In this document: one piece after another, positions 32,228 to 42,537 of the stretch
How positions within the stretch are numbered: the stretch's first letter is position 1
Layout: every line of letters begins with the position of its first letter
NCBI GenBank assembly: GCA_963703345.1
Contig: OY969814.1
Coordinates: forward strand, 1,856,001-1,920,000
DNA length: 64,000 nucleotides
Direction: 5' to 3'
DNA from: an uncultured Chloroflexia bacterium
Lineage (GTDB): Bacteria > Chloroflexota > Dehalococcoidia > DSTF01 > JALHUB01
Notes under the pieces: generated by a model
What the model was told of the DNA's origin: nothing
The model's input: only the letters and a program-made list of their open reading frames with translations
Databases searched by the model: none
Position numbers and translations under genes: made by a program

Positions 32228-32568
32228 CAGGCGACGCGCATTTGGAGCGCATCGTCCTCGCCGCCGCGGAGCCGGTGGAGGCCGTCGCGACCTGGCGGCG
32301 GACGCTCGGACTGCCGGCCGCGGAAGGCGACGGGCTGCGGGCCGGAAGCACGCTCCTGGAGATGCGACCCGCCGTTGCGGGAGAGCGCGAGGGCCTTTCG
32401 GCCATCGTGATCCAAGTCGATAACCTGGAAGCGACGCTGACGCGTTTGCGCTCGAAGGGGATTGACGCAGCGCCGGCGACGGGCGAAGCGTCACGCTCGG
32501 CCAGGCTCGACCCGGCCTGGACCTGCGGCGTCGAAATCGCGCTGGTCGAGCGGCGCGGCGAGAGGTAG
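32224..32568 (+). CDS. VOC/glyoxalase-fold protein
   Basis: Translationally coupled; VOC-like pattern lacking metal His. Confidence 0.6.
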   Translation: MTGDAHLERIVLAAAEPVEAVATWRRTLGLPAAEGDGLRAGSTLLEMRPAVAGEREGLSAIVIQVDNLEATLTRLRSKGIDAAPATGEASRSARLDPAWTCGVEIALVERRGER

Positions 32569-32571
32569 GCC

Positions 32572-32982
32572 ATGAGAGAAGAGAAGATACGCGTGCTCAT
32601 CGCCAAGCCGGGGCTGGACGGCCACGACCGCGGCGCCAAGGTGGTCGCGCGGGCCCTACGGGACGCCGGCATGGAGGTCATCTACACCGGCATCAGGCAG
32701 ACGCCGGAGATGATCGCCGAGGCAGCGCTGCAGGAAGACGTCCACGTCGTCGGGCTGTCGGCCTTGTCGGGCGCGCACATCGACCTGTTTCCGCGCGTCG
32801 TCGCGGAGCTGCGGGCGCGCGGCGTCGACGACGTGCTCTTGCTGGCAGGCGGGATCATCCCCGCTGAGGACGTGCCGGCGCTCAAGGAGATGGGCTTCGG
32901 CGCAATCTTCCCGCCCGGCGCTGACACGCGCGACATCATCCGCTTCGTCCAGGAGAACGCCTTTGGCCGCCGCCGAGCCTAG
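32572..32982 (+). CDS. Methylmalonyl-CoA mutase cobalamin-binding subunit
   Basis: [10 protein letters not shown] (DxHxxG), VGLS, GGIIP. Confidence 0.95.
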   Translation: MREEKIRVLIAKPGLDGHDRGAKVVARALRDAGMEVIYTGIRQTPEMIAEAALQEDVHVVGLSALSGAHIDLFPRVVAELRARGVDDVLLLAGGIIPAEDVPALKEMGFGAIFPPGADTRDIIRFVQENAFGRRRA

Positions 32983-33922
32983 CGCAGAGGGCGGCGCAGA
33001 GGAGATGGTGCGGCGCCTGCTGGCCGGCGACAGGCGGGCCCTGGCGCGAGTGCTCTCCTGGATTGAGGACAGCACCGACGAGGGCGCGCAGGCGTCCTGT
33101 TTGCTCTACGGGCACGGCGGCCGCGCGCACAGCGTCGGCGTGACGGGCGCGCCGGGGTCCGGCAAGAGCACCCTCGTTTGCGCAATGACGCAGGAGCTCC
33201 GGCGGCGCGGCAAGACCGTCGGCATCGTGGCCATCGACCCCTCGAGCGCTTTCACGCACGGCGCCCTTCTCGGCGACCGCATTCGGATGCAGGAGCTGAC
33301 TGCGGACGAGGGCGTTTTCCTGCGCAGCATGGCCTCGCGCGGACAACTCGGCGGGCTGGCGCCGAAGACGGCGGAGGTGATGGCGGCGCTGGACGCGGCG
33401 GGGAAGGACGTCGTGATCGTCGAAACGCTGGGGGCCGGCCAGGACGAGGTCGATATCGCCGGCACGGCGCAGACGACCGTCGTCCTGAACGTGCCGGGCA
33501 GCGGCGACGACGTCCAGGCGATGAAGGCCGGCCTCCTTGAGGCGGCGGATATCCTCGTCGTCAACAAGGCGGACACCGCGAACGCGAGCCGGGTCGCTGA
33601 GCAGTTGCACGCGGCGCTGTGCCTGTCTCCCGTCCAGTGCGACGTGCCGGTGCTGCTGACGGTGGCGACGACGGGCGAGGGGGTGCGCGAACTCGTGGAC
33701 GCGGTCGAAGGGCACCAACGGCAGCTCGCGGAGTCGGGAGCGCTGGAACGATACCGTGTCGAACACGCGCGGCGGCAGGTGACGGCGGCGCTGCGGGAAC
33801 TTCTCGTCGAGTCGGCTCTCGAGGACCAGGCCGGGCGGGCGCGATTGGAGGAGGCGGTGCGGGCGGTCGCCGCGCGGGAGCTGGACCCGTGGAGCGCGGC
33901 GCGGCGGCTCGTTGAAGAGTGA
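32963..33922 (+). CDS. meaB: MCM-associated GTPase chaperone
   Basis: [27 protein letters not shown]. Confidence 0.93.
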   Translation: MAAAEPSAEGGAEEMVRRLLAGDRRALARVLSWIEDSTDEGAQASCLLYGHGGRAHSVGVTGAPGSGKSTLVCAMTQELRRRGKTVGIVAIDPSSAFTHGALLGDRIRMQELTADEGVFLRSMASRGQLGGLAPKTAEVMAALDAAGKDVVIVETLGAGQDEVDIAGTAQTTVVLNVPGSGDDVQAMKAGLLEAADILVVNKADTANASRVAEQLHAALCLSPVQCDVPVLLTVATTGEGVRELVDAVEGHQRQLAESGALERYRVEHARRQVTAALRELLVESALEDQAGRARLEEAVRAVAARELDPWSAARRLVEE

Positions 33923-34099
33923 AGGTTGCTCCCGTTCTTCAGATTCCCCCGGCCGGAATCCAAAGGCTGAGGGATTAATCCCTCTCCCGGCGAGCCCACT
34001 GACTTGACGCTGAGGGCGCTTTATCCTCCGCCGGCCCGCCGCGGATCGCGGGCGACGTAGAATCGCTGCCCAGCCGCCTGCCGACTCCCTGCCGCTGCC

Positions 34100-34348
34100 T
34101 CACCGGGTAGACGCCTGGCAACGGCCCCCAACCTGGCTCCTGATGATCGTCAGATCTGTGGAGTTCACCTTTCCATCGTGGTTCAAGAGGCCAGGGTGCC
34201 GTCCGTCCTCACCGCGCAGGTGTGCTGGTTGCCCGTGCTGACCTGGCTGAAGGTGTCGGCGCCGGCTCGGACCCCCTGAGGGGAAGCCGCCAAGCCAAGC
34301 CGCCATGGCGGCTAGAGCGATTATCGGGAGCAGAACCCTGTGCCTCAT
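34100..34348 (-). pseudogene. Remnant of a secreted RCC1-repeat + dockerin-like protein
   Basis: Signal peptide; RCC1-like FSQVSTGNQHTCAVRTDGTLA in a shifted frame; dockerin-like LNHDGKVNSTDLTII. Confidence 0.6.
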
Positions 34349-34854
34349 GGCCCACCTCCCATGAGAAGAATGCAGCAGCCGTGCCGAGTCCAAGGGTGCC
34401 AAATTATTGTACACCGTACGTCAATGGGATGAGTGTTTAGGTATCACATAAAGATGACAGAGGGCGCGACGGAGGAGCGAGAAGACCACCGTCGCCGCGA
34501 GAACGCGACGGAAGCGCCGGACGCCAACGGTAATGCGGCTCAAGCCAGCGACCGCACACGATCCGAGAATGGTGTGTGAACGGGGTCACCACTTCCCTCG
34601 CGGCAAAGGCCTGGGACATTTATTACTGGCCCGAACAGTGCGACACCGAAAACGCTTGACAAGAACACATGTGGTATGCTAACCTGCCAGTGGTCTTGTC
34701 TAGGGCAGTTTCTCTTCCTCACCAGAAAGCCCTCTATCCCCTTAGGCAATCGCAGCAAGCAAGGCCCTCTGAGTTTAGTCCTCCCTAGTACGTGTGTAGC
34801 CTACCCGCAACAAGGCGCAGGTGAACTTATCTTGAAGAGAGAAGAGAGAAAGAA

Positions 34855-35976
34855 ATGAGAATTCTGCAAGTTGCACCGCTCGCGGAACGAGTCCCGCCCC
34901 CAGCCTACGGTGGCACCGAGGCTATCGTCGGATTGCTGGCGGATGGCCTGGCCCGGCGGGGACATGACGTGGTACTCCGCGCCTCCGGCGACTCCATCAC
35001 GCTGGCGCGGCTACGCTCGGTCTACCCGCGCAGCTTAAGGACCGCGACAGGAATCGAGGATCCTCTTCCTTACGAGCTGGTGCACGCCGCTGAGGCGTTG
35101 CGCGATGCCCAGGACTTCGACATCGTCCACAACCACACGGGCGAGATCCTGATGGCCTTCACCGGCCTCATAGATGTACCCATGCTAACGACGACCCATG
35201 GCAACCTGACGCCGGACAGCCGCTTCGTTTGGGAGCACTACCACGGCTTCTACAACACGATCAGTTGGTCGCAGGCGAAGCGCTTCGTCGGTTTCCCAAG
35301 CGCGCAATTTGCCGGGGTAGTCCACAACGCCATCGACGTCCAGACGTTCCCGTTCCGCGTGGACAAAGAGGACTTCCTACTCTGCTTAGCCCGTGTCTCG
35401 CCCGAAAAGGGAACGCATCTCGCGATCGACGCGGCCCGCCGGCTCTCTATGCCGCTCGTTATCGCGGGCAAGGTTGACAGGGTTGACCGGGAGTACTTCG
35501 AGACGGCCATAGAACCTCGGATCGACGGGACAAACGTGCGGTTCTTCGGCGAAGCCAACGCCGAGGAGAAGCGAGTGTTGTATGCCAGGGCCCGCTGCCT
35601 TCTGGCGCCGATCAGTTGGGAAGAGCCGTTCGGCCTGGTAATGCCAGAGGCAATGGCCTGTGGCACGCCCGTCATCGCCTTCGCTCGGGGGGCTGCGCCG
35701 GAGATTGTGGTGGACGGCGAGACCGGCTTCCTGGTCGACGACGTTGACGGAATGGTGGAGGCAGTGCGGCACCTCGGCGACATTGACCCGCGGCGCTGCC
35801 GAAGCCTTGTCGAGAAGCGATTCGACGTCCCGGTCATGGTCGACGGCTATCTCGACGCCTACGAGCGGATCCTGGAGACAGTCCGGCCAGAGCGTCTCAT
35901 CACTGCGCCGTTTCTCCAGTCGGGGAGGTGGACGGGGTCAGAGCGCGATACCCGGGTTGGATCGCGAGTCTCCTGA
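34855..35976 (+). CDS. Glycosyltransferase family 4, paralog of 148..1266
   Basis: MRILQVAPLAERVPPPAYGGTE; EPFGLVMPEAMACGTP. Confidence 0.93.
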   Translation: MRILQVAPLAERVPPPAYGGTEAIVGLLADGLARRGHDVVLRASGDSITLARLRSVYPRSLRTATGIEDPLPYELVHAAEALRDAQDFDIVHNHTGEILMAFTGLIDVPMLTTTHGNLTPDSRFVWEHYHGFYNTISWSQAKRFVGFPSAQFAGVVHNAIDVQTFPFRVDKEDFLLCLARVSPEKGTHLAIDAARRLSMPLVIAGKVDRVDREYFETAIEPRIDGTNVRFFGEANAEEKRVLYARARCLLAPISWEEPFGLVMPEAMACGTPVIAFARGAAPEIVVDGETGFLVDDVDGMVEAVRHLGDIDPRRCRSLVEKRFDVPVMVDGYLDAYERILETVRPERLITAPFLQSGRWTGSERDTRVGSRVS

Positions 35977-36102
35977 TCTTCGTCGCGGCGTAACCCAGCG
36001 CCAAGTGTAGATCATGCGCGCGGAGGCTGTTGCTCAGTAGGGCCCTTCGCCCGCGGCTCCGGCTCGTGTTACTATGCTGACGAAAGCAGAAGGAGGGACA
36101 CA

Positions 36103-36183
36103 ATGGCACGCAAGGATAAGGGCGGCAAGAAGGTCAAGAAGCCTAAGCAGGACAAGGTCAAGAAGGCGCCGAACGCGAAGTAA
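36103..36183 (+). CDS. 26-aa lysine-rich small protein
   Basis: MARKDKGGKKVKKPKQDKVKKAPNAK; strong AAGGAGG SD; TGTTACTAT extended -10 upstream. Confidence 0.7.
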   Translation: MARKDKGGKKVKKPKQDKVKKAPNAK

Positions 36184-36276
36184 GGCGACATCGCTGTCCT
36201 AGACGACGCGGTTACAGGAACCCGCCGATGAATCCGCCCGCGCCGGTGACAAGGGCTCTTTTGCTGCGCTCTTTCG

Positions 36277-37146
36277 TTATGACCGTTCTCCCATCGGCTC
36301 CCGTTGTCTCCTGTAGAATTCGGCTTCCTCTTCGTACTGGTAAGGAGGCTCCGGGGATTTCCACTCCGCCACCGGCTTTCCGGCGTTCAGCTTGGTCCGC
36401 AGATAGTCGGAAGTCATCACGGCGAAGGGCTTGGCTTTGTCCAGCCCCAACGCGCGAAGGTTTTCCGCCATGCGGTGCTTGGCGGGCGTCACCTTCACCT
36501 CGATCTGCTTGCAACGGCGGTGTTTGACCTTGCCGTCCACCTCCACCACCGTCCTGACGATAGTGTCGTTGAAGTTGCCGAACGTCACCATGTCGAACGG
36601 TCTGCCCGTTATCCCCCGACCAAGCTCCCCTTGCACGTCCACGATTGGCTCCCCGCCATCCGGGTCCAGCACCGCGAACTTGAAGTGGTCTTCGGACAAC
36701 TGGCTTGGAATCTGGGTCAGGAACTTCGGGTAGCCCCAGATTTCGCGTCCTCCGGCTCTAGCTTCGGGGATAGTCACCACCATCTCGACAACGTAGACCC
36801 CCATGTTCTTCCAGGAGTTCTCTCTCTTCCCAAGCAGGAGCTTGAGCGTCGGGAACGACGGCCGCCCCAGTGCCTCCGGGTACACACTGACGGACAGCAC
36901 AACCTCGTCATAGGCTGTCAGGCTCACCTCCTGGTAATTGAAAAACGTCAGCGTGGTGAGGACCTTCCCGTTGAAGTAGCGGACCGGCAGCAACCCGGTA
37001 TCCTTCAGAAGCGGAAGCACACGGTCTTGCTCCACGAAGTAGTTGATGGCCCTCATCGCGAGCCTCTGGTAGAACACCGGCACCTGGATCACGCCGGACG
37101 AGGTCGTGTAGTCGGTCTGTGGAACGTCGAAGAAATCGCTCTTCAT
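36277..37146 (-). CDS. Acetoacetate decarboxylase-like family protein
   Basis: YDEVVL, GGREIWGYPK motif. Confidence 0.8.
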   Translation of the reverse strand: MKSDFFDVPQTDYTTSSGVIQVPVFYQRLAMRAINYFVEQDRVLPLLKDTGLLPVRYFNGKVLTTLTFFNYQEVSLTAYDEVVLSVSVYPEALGRPSFPTLKLLLGKRENSWKNMGVYVVEMVVTIPEARAGGREIWGYPKFLTQIPSQLSEDHFKFAVLDPDGGEPIVDVQGELGRGITGRPFDMVTFGNFNDTIVRTVVEVDGKVKHRRCKQIEVKVTPAKHRMAENLRALGLDKAKPFAVMTSDYLRTKLNAGKPVAEWKSPEPPYQYEEEAEFYRRQREPMGERS

Positions 37147-37314
37147 GGCGAACCTCCCTGCGGTTGTCTAGCCTGAGGTGCATGTCGTCTGACTGACGAT
37201 CACCCGCCAAGAATCGCATCGGTGACCGCCACGGTCAAGTGGCCGCCTGGCATGCAGGTTCGGCGTGCTGAAGCTCGCGGATGGGAGGATAGAGGAAGCG
37301 TTCTCGACGAGTCC

Positions 37315-38925
37315 TCAGGCGACGCGCGCGGCGCCGGGCTGAGCACAGACGATATTGCCGCCGCCTGACTTCGCGCGATAAAGAGCCGCGTCGGCGGTTG
37401 CGATGAGTCCGGGCGCAGCCTGCGCTCGTGCAGAATCCGCTTCGGCGATGCCGAGACTGACTCTCAACGCAAGCGTACCGCCCTGGGGAAGATGGAAGGG
37501 CTGGCTTTCCACTCTGCCGCGGAACCGTTCACCAAACTGCACTGCGGCTTCCAGGTCGGCTTCCGGCAGTACAAACAGGAATTCGTCGCCGCCGAAGCGA
37601 CCCACTATGTCGCCCTTGCGACAGCTCCGGCGTGCAAGTCGCGCGAGCTGGATCAACACCTCATCGCCAGCGTCATGGCCGTGTTTGTCGTTCACTGCCT
37701 TCAACTTATCGACGTCGAGCAAGCCGACGCTGAAGCGGCCGCGGTACCGGAGAGCGCGGGCGTGTTCCGCCTCAATCACTTCTTCGACGTATCGTCGGTT
37801 GGGTATGCCGGTAAGGGCATCCGTGCGCGCCAGGCGGTGCTGGATCTCCGTGCCCGCCTGCAGTTGCTGCGAATATCGCTCCAACCGTTCCTTCGATTCA
37901 GCGAGCGCCCTGTACATGCGCGTTGCTTTCAGGCCCACCGCCAGCCTGGCGGCCATCTCGTCCAGCAGCTTTATCTCCTCCGGCGGGAACGTGTGGGGCT
38001 GGTAGCTCGCGAACGATATCGCGCCCAGCACTTCGTCTCCGAAGATGACCGGGACCGACGCTCCCGATACAACCATGATCAACTTGAAGAACTCCATCAT
38101 TTCCGGTGGGGCCCGCTCGTTGTTCTGAAGGTCCGGTGAGTGATCGGCCCGCCGCGAGCGGATCACATCCAGGAAGATCTCGTCAAAGCGCGAGTCAAGT
38201 GGCTCAGTCCAAACGCGTGTCAGGGAAGCGTCTTCCCAGCGCAACAGCTTGCGGACGGCACGGAGGCCGAGCGTCTGGGAAGCCTCGTCCCAGAGCACTA
38301 TTGTTACGAGTTCAAAGCCCGTGACGCTCGCCATGGCGGTCGCGATATTCACGAGTACCTCTTTTGCGTCTTCCGCCTGCGTCAGTACGTCCGCCGGGTT
38401 GGCGAGCGCCTCCATCTGCTCGCGCTCTCGCTCCACCCGCGCGGCGTACAGCATTCGCTCCAGAAAGACCACAAGAGGAGCGCGGGCCGCTTTGAGGAAA
38501 CGCACCAGCGCACGGTCAATGCCGGCCTTCCAGGGGCCATGGAGGATAACCATCTCCGCTGGGCTCTCGCTCACCGGGATCCGCATCGCCAGGTATTCCC
38601 TGTCCCGCGCACCGGCAGCCTTCACAAAGTCCCCGACGCGCCTGGACTGGATATTGAAGGCGACGGACCCTTCTTGGGCCTGAGCTTGTTGCTGGATGAT
38701 CCAGAGGCCCGTCTTCCCCGTCCCAACGTCATCGCCGCCGCTATGGTCGCCGCATGTGGCCCAGTCCAGCTCCTCGGCATACACAAAGCACACCTGCTCA
38801 GCGCCCAATTCATCCCTGAGAGCGTCGGCAACTGAAGCCAGTCCCTCTCTGCTCGGGGGACAGGTCGAAGCCAATGTGGCTAGTCGATGCAGATCTTCGA
38901 ACCCCGGTCGGGCAACTGATTTCAC
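37315..38925 (-). CDS. GAF-GGDEF diguanylate cyclase
   Basis: TDALTGIPNRR, DVDKLKAVND, RKGD I-site, GRFGGDEF. Confidence 0.9.
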   Translation of the reverse strand: MKSVARPGFEDLHRLATLASTCPPSREGLASVADALRDELGAEQVCFVYAEELDWATCGDHSGGDDVGTGKTGLWIIQQQAQAQEGSVAFNIQSRRVGDFVKAAGARDREYLAMRIPVSESPAEMVILHGPWKAGIDRALVRFLKAARAPLVVFLERMLYAARVEREREQMEALANPADVLTQAEDAKEVLVNIATAMASVTGFELVTIVLWDEASQTLGLRAVRKLLRWEDASLTRVWTEPLDSRFDEIFLDVIRSRRADHSPDLQNNERAPPEMMEFFKLIMVVSGASVPVIFGDEVLGAISFASYQPHTFPPEEIKLLDEMAARLAVGLKATRMYRALAESKERLERYSQQLQAGTEIQHRLARTDALTGIPNRRYVEEVIEAEHARALRYRGRFSVGLLDVDKLKAVNDKHGHDAGDEVLIQLARLARRSCRKGDIVGRFGGDEFLFVLPEADLEAAVQFGERFRGRVESQPFHLPQGGTLALRVSLGIAEADSARAQAAPGLIATADAALYRAKSGGGNIVCAQPGAARVA

Positions 38926-39188
38926 CAGACGCAGTTACTCCTTTGATCGCTCTATCTAAGGTTCGGCAAACAAAGCTGCCCGCTAAACGGGTCAGCGGTC
39001 GCCTTTGGCAGACAACCCGCGCGTTCGCCGTGTGGAGAAGGAGCCGTCAGCCGACGCTGCCCATTCCCTCTATTGCGTCGCTGCCACGACGACGCTGGAA
39101 AAGTGTCTTTCGTGGAACCACGAGAGGCGCGGAGGAAGAGCCCTTCGCATTCGGCGGAACGTGTGTAGAGGGCCTGTCTGTGTAGGTA

Positions 39189-39214
39189 TGGTACCCCCGG
39201 CGGGGGTCGAACCC
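39189..39214 (-). repeat. tRNA 3'-end fragment (att-like) at the left edge of the satellite-like element
   Basis: Minus strand GGGTTCGACCCCCGCCGGGGGTACCA = T-loop, acceptor 3' strand and CCA; no 5' half. Confidence 0.55.
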
Positions 39215-39390
39215 ATACTACCTACACGGCAAGCAGGGTGGTTTGCGCCCTCGGAGTTGATTCGAGTGGCGTGATCAGTATCAGGATGCCAGCCATATTG
39301 ACCGACTAGCAGCATAATCTAAGAGCATTCGCCTGGAGCGGCGCAGAGGCTCCCGACAGGCCTGGGAAGGGCCTGTGGAGGACCTTTGTC

Positions 39391-41244
39391 ATGCTCCCAC
39401 AGGTGCAAAACTCCCATGCCAACCCGGTAGTCATCCAAGCGCCTCGGCCCGCAACCCCAGGCCCCGGCGGCGCCACCAAGCCCCCTAACCCGTGTCGCGA
39501 AGACCTTGAGCGCACCCTCCGGCTGTTCGAAGGTGCGGGAATCCCGGTCTTCCCAGCCAGGCGGAGAACCAAGGGCACGTACGTTCCCGGTTGGCCCGAC
39601 ATGACCGTCACGGACGCGCTCTCCTTAACGCGGGCCGAGCTACGCCGCGGCCGCATCAACCTCGCCGGACGGACCGGCAACGGCTGGGCCGTTATCGATC
39701 TCGACGACAAGGACGGGGCCGATCCGGAGGAGATGCTCGCGCTGCTGCTACGGCGACTCGGCTCGGCCGTCTTCGCGGTGGTGCGGACGCGACGGGGCTT
39801 TCACATCTGGGTCCGAGTGCGGGAAGCCGTGCGCAACGGCTACTGCAGCTTCGTCGGTGGCGAGATCTTCTCAGAGCCTCACCTGGCGATGCTCCCACCG
39901 TCTGATCATCCCGAAGGGGGCGAGTACGAGTGGGTTATCGAGCCGCATCACATCGATGCGGTTGCCGACCTTCGAGCCCTCGGGCTGATCCCTGACGTCC
40001 GAGAGCTATGCCAAGGTGCTGCCGGTCGGGAGCAAAACCGAAGGGCCCAGCCTGCAGCACCCGCTGACCAAGAGGAGTTCGAGCAGCTCATGGCACAGGC
40101 CGGCGTCTCCCGCCGGGGCAACCAGATCCAAACGCTGGCGCTCTGTCCCTGGCACCATGATGGCCTTCCTTCCCTCTCGATCAACTGGGAGGCCGCCCTC
40201 TTCTACTGCTTCTCCGTGCACTGCAGCGCTCGTGGTGGGATCGGCAGCCTCCGCCGGCTCGTTCGCTGCGACACCCCAACTTACCGCCAGGGGCGGAACA
40301 ATGCCGGGGGCAATCATCAGCGCCGTGCTGACAACGGGAGGAATCATTTCTCTGGCGATAACCTGGGGTGTGCTGACGTCGATGCTGCCAGCGAGCGGCT
40401 GGCGTCGGGCCTGGAGCAACTGGGCCTGCACCAACGGTCCGGCTCGGTCCGCGACTGCCGACACCATTTCCGCGTAGGCAAGTGCACACAGTGCGCCCGG
40501 ACGCCCGCCTACCCCATCTCCTGCGGCGACCCGCTGTGCCTGCGCTGCATGCCGGGCCGGTTGGCCGCGGACTGGGAGCGCCACAACGCCTCCCTCCCGG
40601 AGAAACTAACCCTGTTGCGTCTGCGGCCCCGTGACCTCTGGGGTATCCCGTCCGATGTTCTCAAGAAGGTGCGTTCCCGGTTCCGGGAGTGGCGGGCCCG
40701 AAGCGGCATCGGCGCCGGCATATACGGAGTTCGCCTCGACAGGACTGCCGGCGCCGTCATCTTGCTGGCAATTCCCGCCCACTTGCCCGTTCCCGAATCG
40801 TCCCTCGCCTTCGAGGTGGAGATAGTGGCGTTGAACCAGGGCCCCCGGGACTTCCTTCGCTGGCTCCAGAGCGAATACGTCCAGGAGGCTCAGGACTGGC
40901 AAACGCCGGATGAGTTGGCGGTCCTGATCGCGGAGACGAAGGGCCGGCGGCGCTTTCAGGGGTTCGGCGCCGTCTACGGTGAAGCTAACGAAAGTTTGGA
41001 CAAGGAGAAGGCGGACATGGTTATGTCAACTGAGGCAGCGGCAACACATAACCGAAAGCCCTTGAGTCGAATCAGCGGTGGAGCCCTCAAGGGCAAGCGT
41101 GAGAAGGCGGAGCACAGCTGCCCCTTCTGTGGCGGCGTCGTCGAATTGTACCCTTTCTCGGTCCCGGCCGACCAGGTGGAACAGGTCGGGGGTCACTGGC
41201 TCTGGCGAGGCCAACGGGCAGCAGCAAGCCATCACCATGAGTGA
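39391..41244 (+). CDS. Prim-Pol + CHC2-type Zn finger + Rep-like fusion protein
   Basis: IPVFP..NLAGRTG..VIDLDD..TRRGFHIW..LPPS (Prim-Pol); CPWHHD..PS..YCFS..C..GG (Zn finger); CxxC..SC..CxxC and GRRRFQGFG (Rep-like). Confidence 0.75.
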   Translation: MLPQVQNSHANPVVIQAPRPATPGPGGATKPPNPCREDLERTLRLFEGAGIPVFPARRRTKGTYVPGWPDMTVTDALSLTRAELRRGRINLAGRTGNGWAVIDLDDKDGADPEEMLALLLRRLGSAVFAVVRTRRGFHIWVRVREAVRNGYCSFVGGEIFSEPHLAMLPPSDHPEGGEYEWVIEPHHIDAVADLRALGLIPDVRELCQGAAGREQNRRAQPAAPADQEEFEQLMAQAGVSRRGNQIQTLALCPWHHDGLPSLSINWEAALFYCFSVHCSARGGIGSLRRLVRCDTPTYRQGRNNAGGNHQRRADNGRNHFSGDNLGCADVDAASERLASGLEQLGLHQRSGSVRDCRHHFRVGKCTQCARTPAYPISCGDPLCLRCMPGRLAADWERHNASLPEKLTLLRLRPRDLWGIPSDVLKKVRSRFREWRARSGIGAGIYGVRLDRTAGAVILLAIPAHLPVPESSLAFEVEIVALNQGPRDFLRWLQSEYVQEAQDWQTPDELAVLIAETKGRRRFQGFGAVYGEANESLDKEKADMVMSTEAAATHNRKPLSRISGGALKGKREKAEHSCPFCGGVVELYPFSVPADQVEQVGGHWLWRGQRAAASHHHE

Positions 41245-41379
41245 ATGGTGCCCGACGCCAGCGAGGGGGAGGGCCGGTCAAATCTCTACAGGTCTGAGGC
41301 ATGTCGAACGGGCGGCAGCAAGGCTTGTGCGTCCGCGAAATGAGGCAGGGGGGTATAGGCGGGAGTAAGGGGCTCCGAG

Positions 41380-41862
41380 ATGGCTGGATATAAGGGCAGG
41401 CAGGGGCGAAAGCCCAGGCCCACAAAGCTGAAGCTCTTGGAGGGCAACCCGGGTAAGCGCCGGCTCAATGACAAAGAGCCCGACCCGCCTCCGGCCATTC
41501 CTTCCTGCCCAGAGCATCTGTCCCCCGCAGCGAAGAAGGAATGGGAGCGGGTCACGCCGCTCCTGGAGAAGCTGGGGCTCCTGAGCCAGATAGACGGCGC
41601 GGCGTTGTCACTCTATTGCCAGGCCTGGGGACGTTGGGTGGAGGCGGAGGAAGCACTCAGGACCTACGGCGTCATGGTGAAGAGCCCGAACGGCTTCCCC
41701 ATGCAGTCGCCCTATCTCGCCGTGGCCAACCGGGCGATGGACCAGATCCGGGCGATGCTCACGGAGTTCGGCATGTCACCCTCCAGCCGAAGCCGCGTTT
41801 CCGCTTCCCCCTTGGAGGATGACGACGACTGGCTGGACAAACTCCTGTCGGGAAAGGACTGA
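41380..41862 (+). CDS. Phage terminase small subunit, P27 family
   Basis: GRKPRPTKLKLLEGNPGKR, AKKEW, YCQAW, SPYL, EFGMSPSSRSR. Confidence 0.9.
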   Translation: MAGYKGRQGRKPRPTKLKLLEGNPGKRRLNDKEPDPPPAIPSCPEHLSPAAKKEWERVTPLLEKLGLLSQIDGAALSLYCQAWGRWVEAEEALRTYGVMVKSPNGFPMQSPYLAVANRAMDQIRAMLTEFGMSPSSRSRVSASPLEDDDDWLDKLLSGKD

Positions 41863-41877
41863 GGAAGGAGCAAGAGA

Positions 41878-42057
41878 ATGACCAACACAGCAACAGCCAC
41901 ACCCACCATCGAATACGTAGGCGTCGAGTCGCTTCGAGACGATGACCGGTGCCGGTCGGATTTTTTGGGGGATACCTGGGACGGGACCGCTGGCATGCCA
42001 GCCTCCGACCCTGTACGGGTTTTCCTGAAAAAGATCACAGGGACAGGAAGGCTTTGA
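41878..42057 (+). pseudogene. Chimeric fragment: ParB-methylase N-terminus joined to a pre-terS sequence
   Basis: MTNTATATPTIEYVGVESL resembles MTTATATVEIENVDIDSL at 42534; has an AAGGAG SD. Confidence 0.55.
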
Positions 42058-42537
42058 ATGGGTGAGAGAGGACCGCTGCCCAAGCCCTATACCCGCCGTC
42101 GCAATCGGCGCCAGACGAGCGGCAAGTCAGTCATCGTCTGCCGGCCGGCCATGCCGCGCGACCTCCCGCCAGAGGCGAAGGCCGAGTGGCGGCGGATCAT
42201 CGGGGAATTGGAGACAGCCGGGCTGGTCGCCACCATCGATAGAGCCGTCCTCATTCGCTACTGCACCGCCTGGTCCGACTGGGTAGAGCTGCAGGGACTG
42301 CTGGAGCGTTCGGGCAAGCTGCTTAAAGGGGCACGCGGGCACCTGGTACGCAACCCACTCTGGTTCATGAAGCAGGACGCCGAGCAGACTCTGGCGGAGT
42401 TGGGCCGACAACTGTGCCTGACACCTGTGGCGCGTCTGCGGGCCGGAATCGCGCACGAACGAGAGCCTGAGCATGAGACTCCGGGCTTAACGGCGATTGA
42501 AGAGTACCGGAAGGCGGTGCAAGGAGACAGACGATGA
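42058..42537 (+). CDS. Second, divergent P27-family terminase small subunit
   Basis: MGERGPLPKP, AKAEWRRI, RYCTAW, RNP, QLCLTPVARLR. Confidence 0.85.
   Translation: MGERGPLPKPYTRRRNRRQTSGKSVIVCRPAMPRDLPPEAKAEWRRIIGELETAGLVATIDRAVLIRYCTAWSDWVELQGLLERSGKLLKGARGHLVRNPLWFMKQDAEQTLAELGRQLCLTPVARLRAGIAHEREPEHETPGLTAIEEYRKAVQGDRR

Noticed and set aside
34662-34676. LexA box (GAAC-N4-GTTC) upstream of the second GT4
   Set aside because: The right half-site is GTGG, too poor a match
39005-39274. Integrase gene
   Set aside because: Only a short recombinase-tail-like reading across the tRNA fragment; no catalytic motifs
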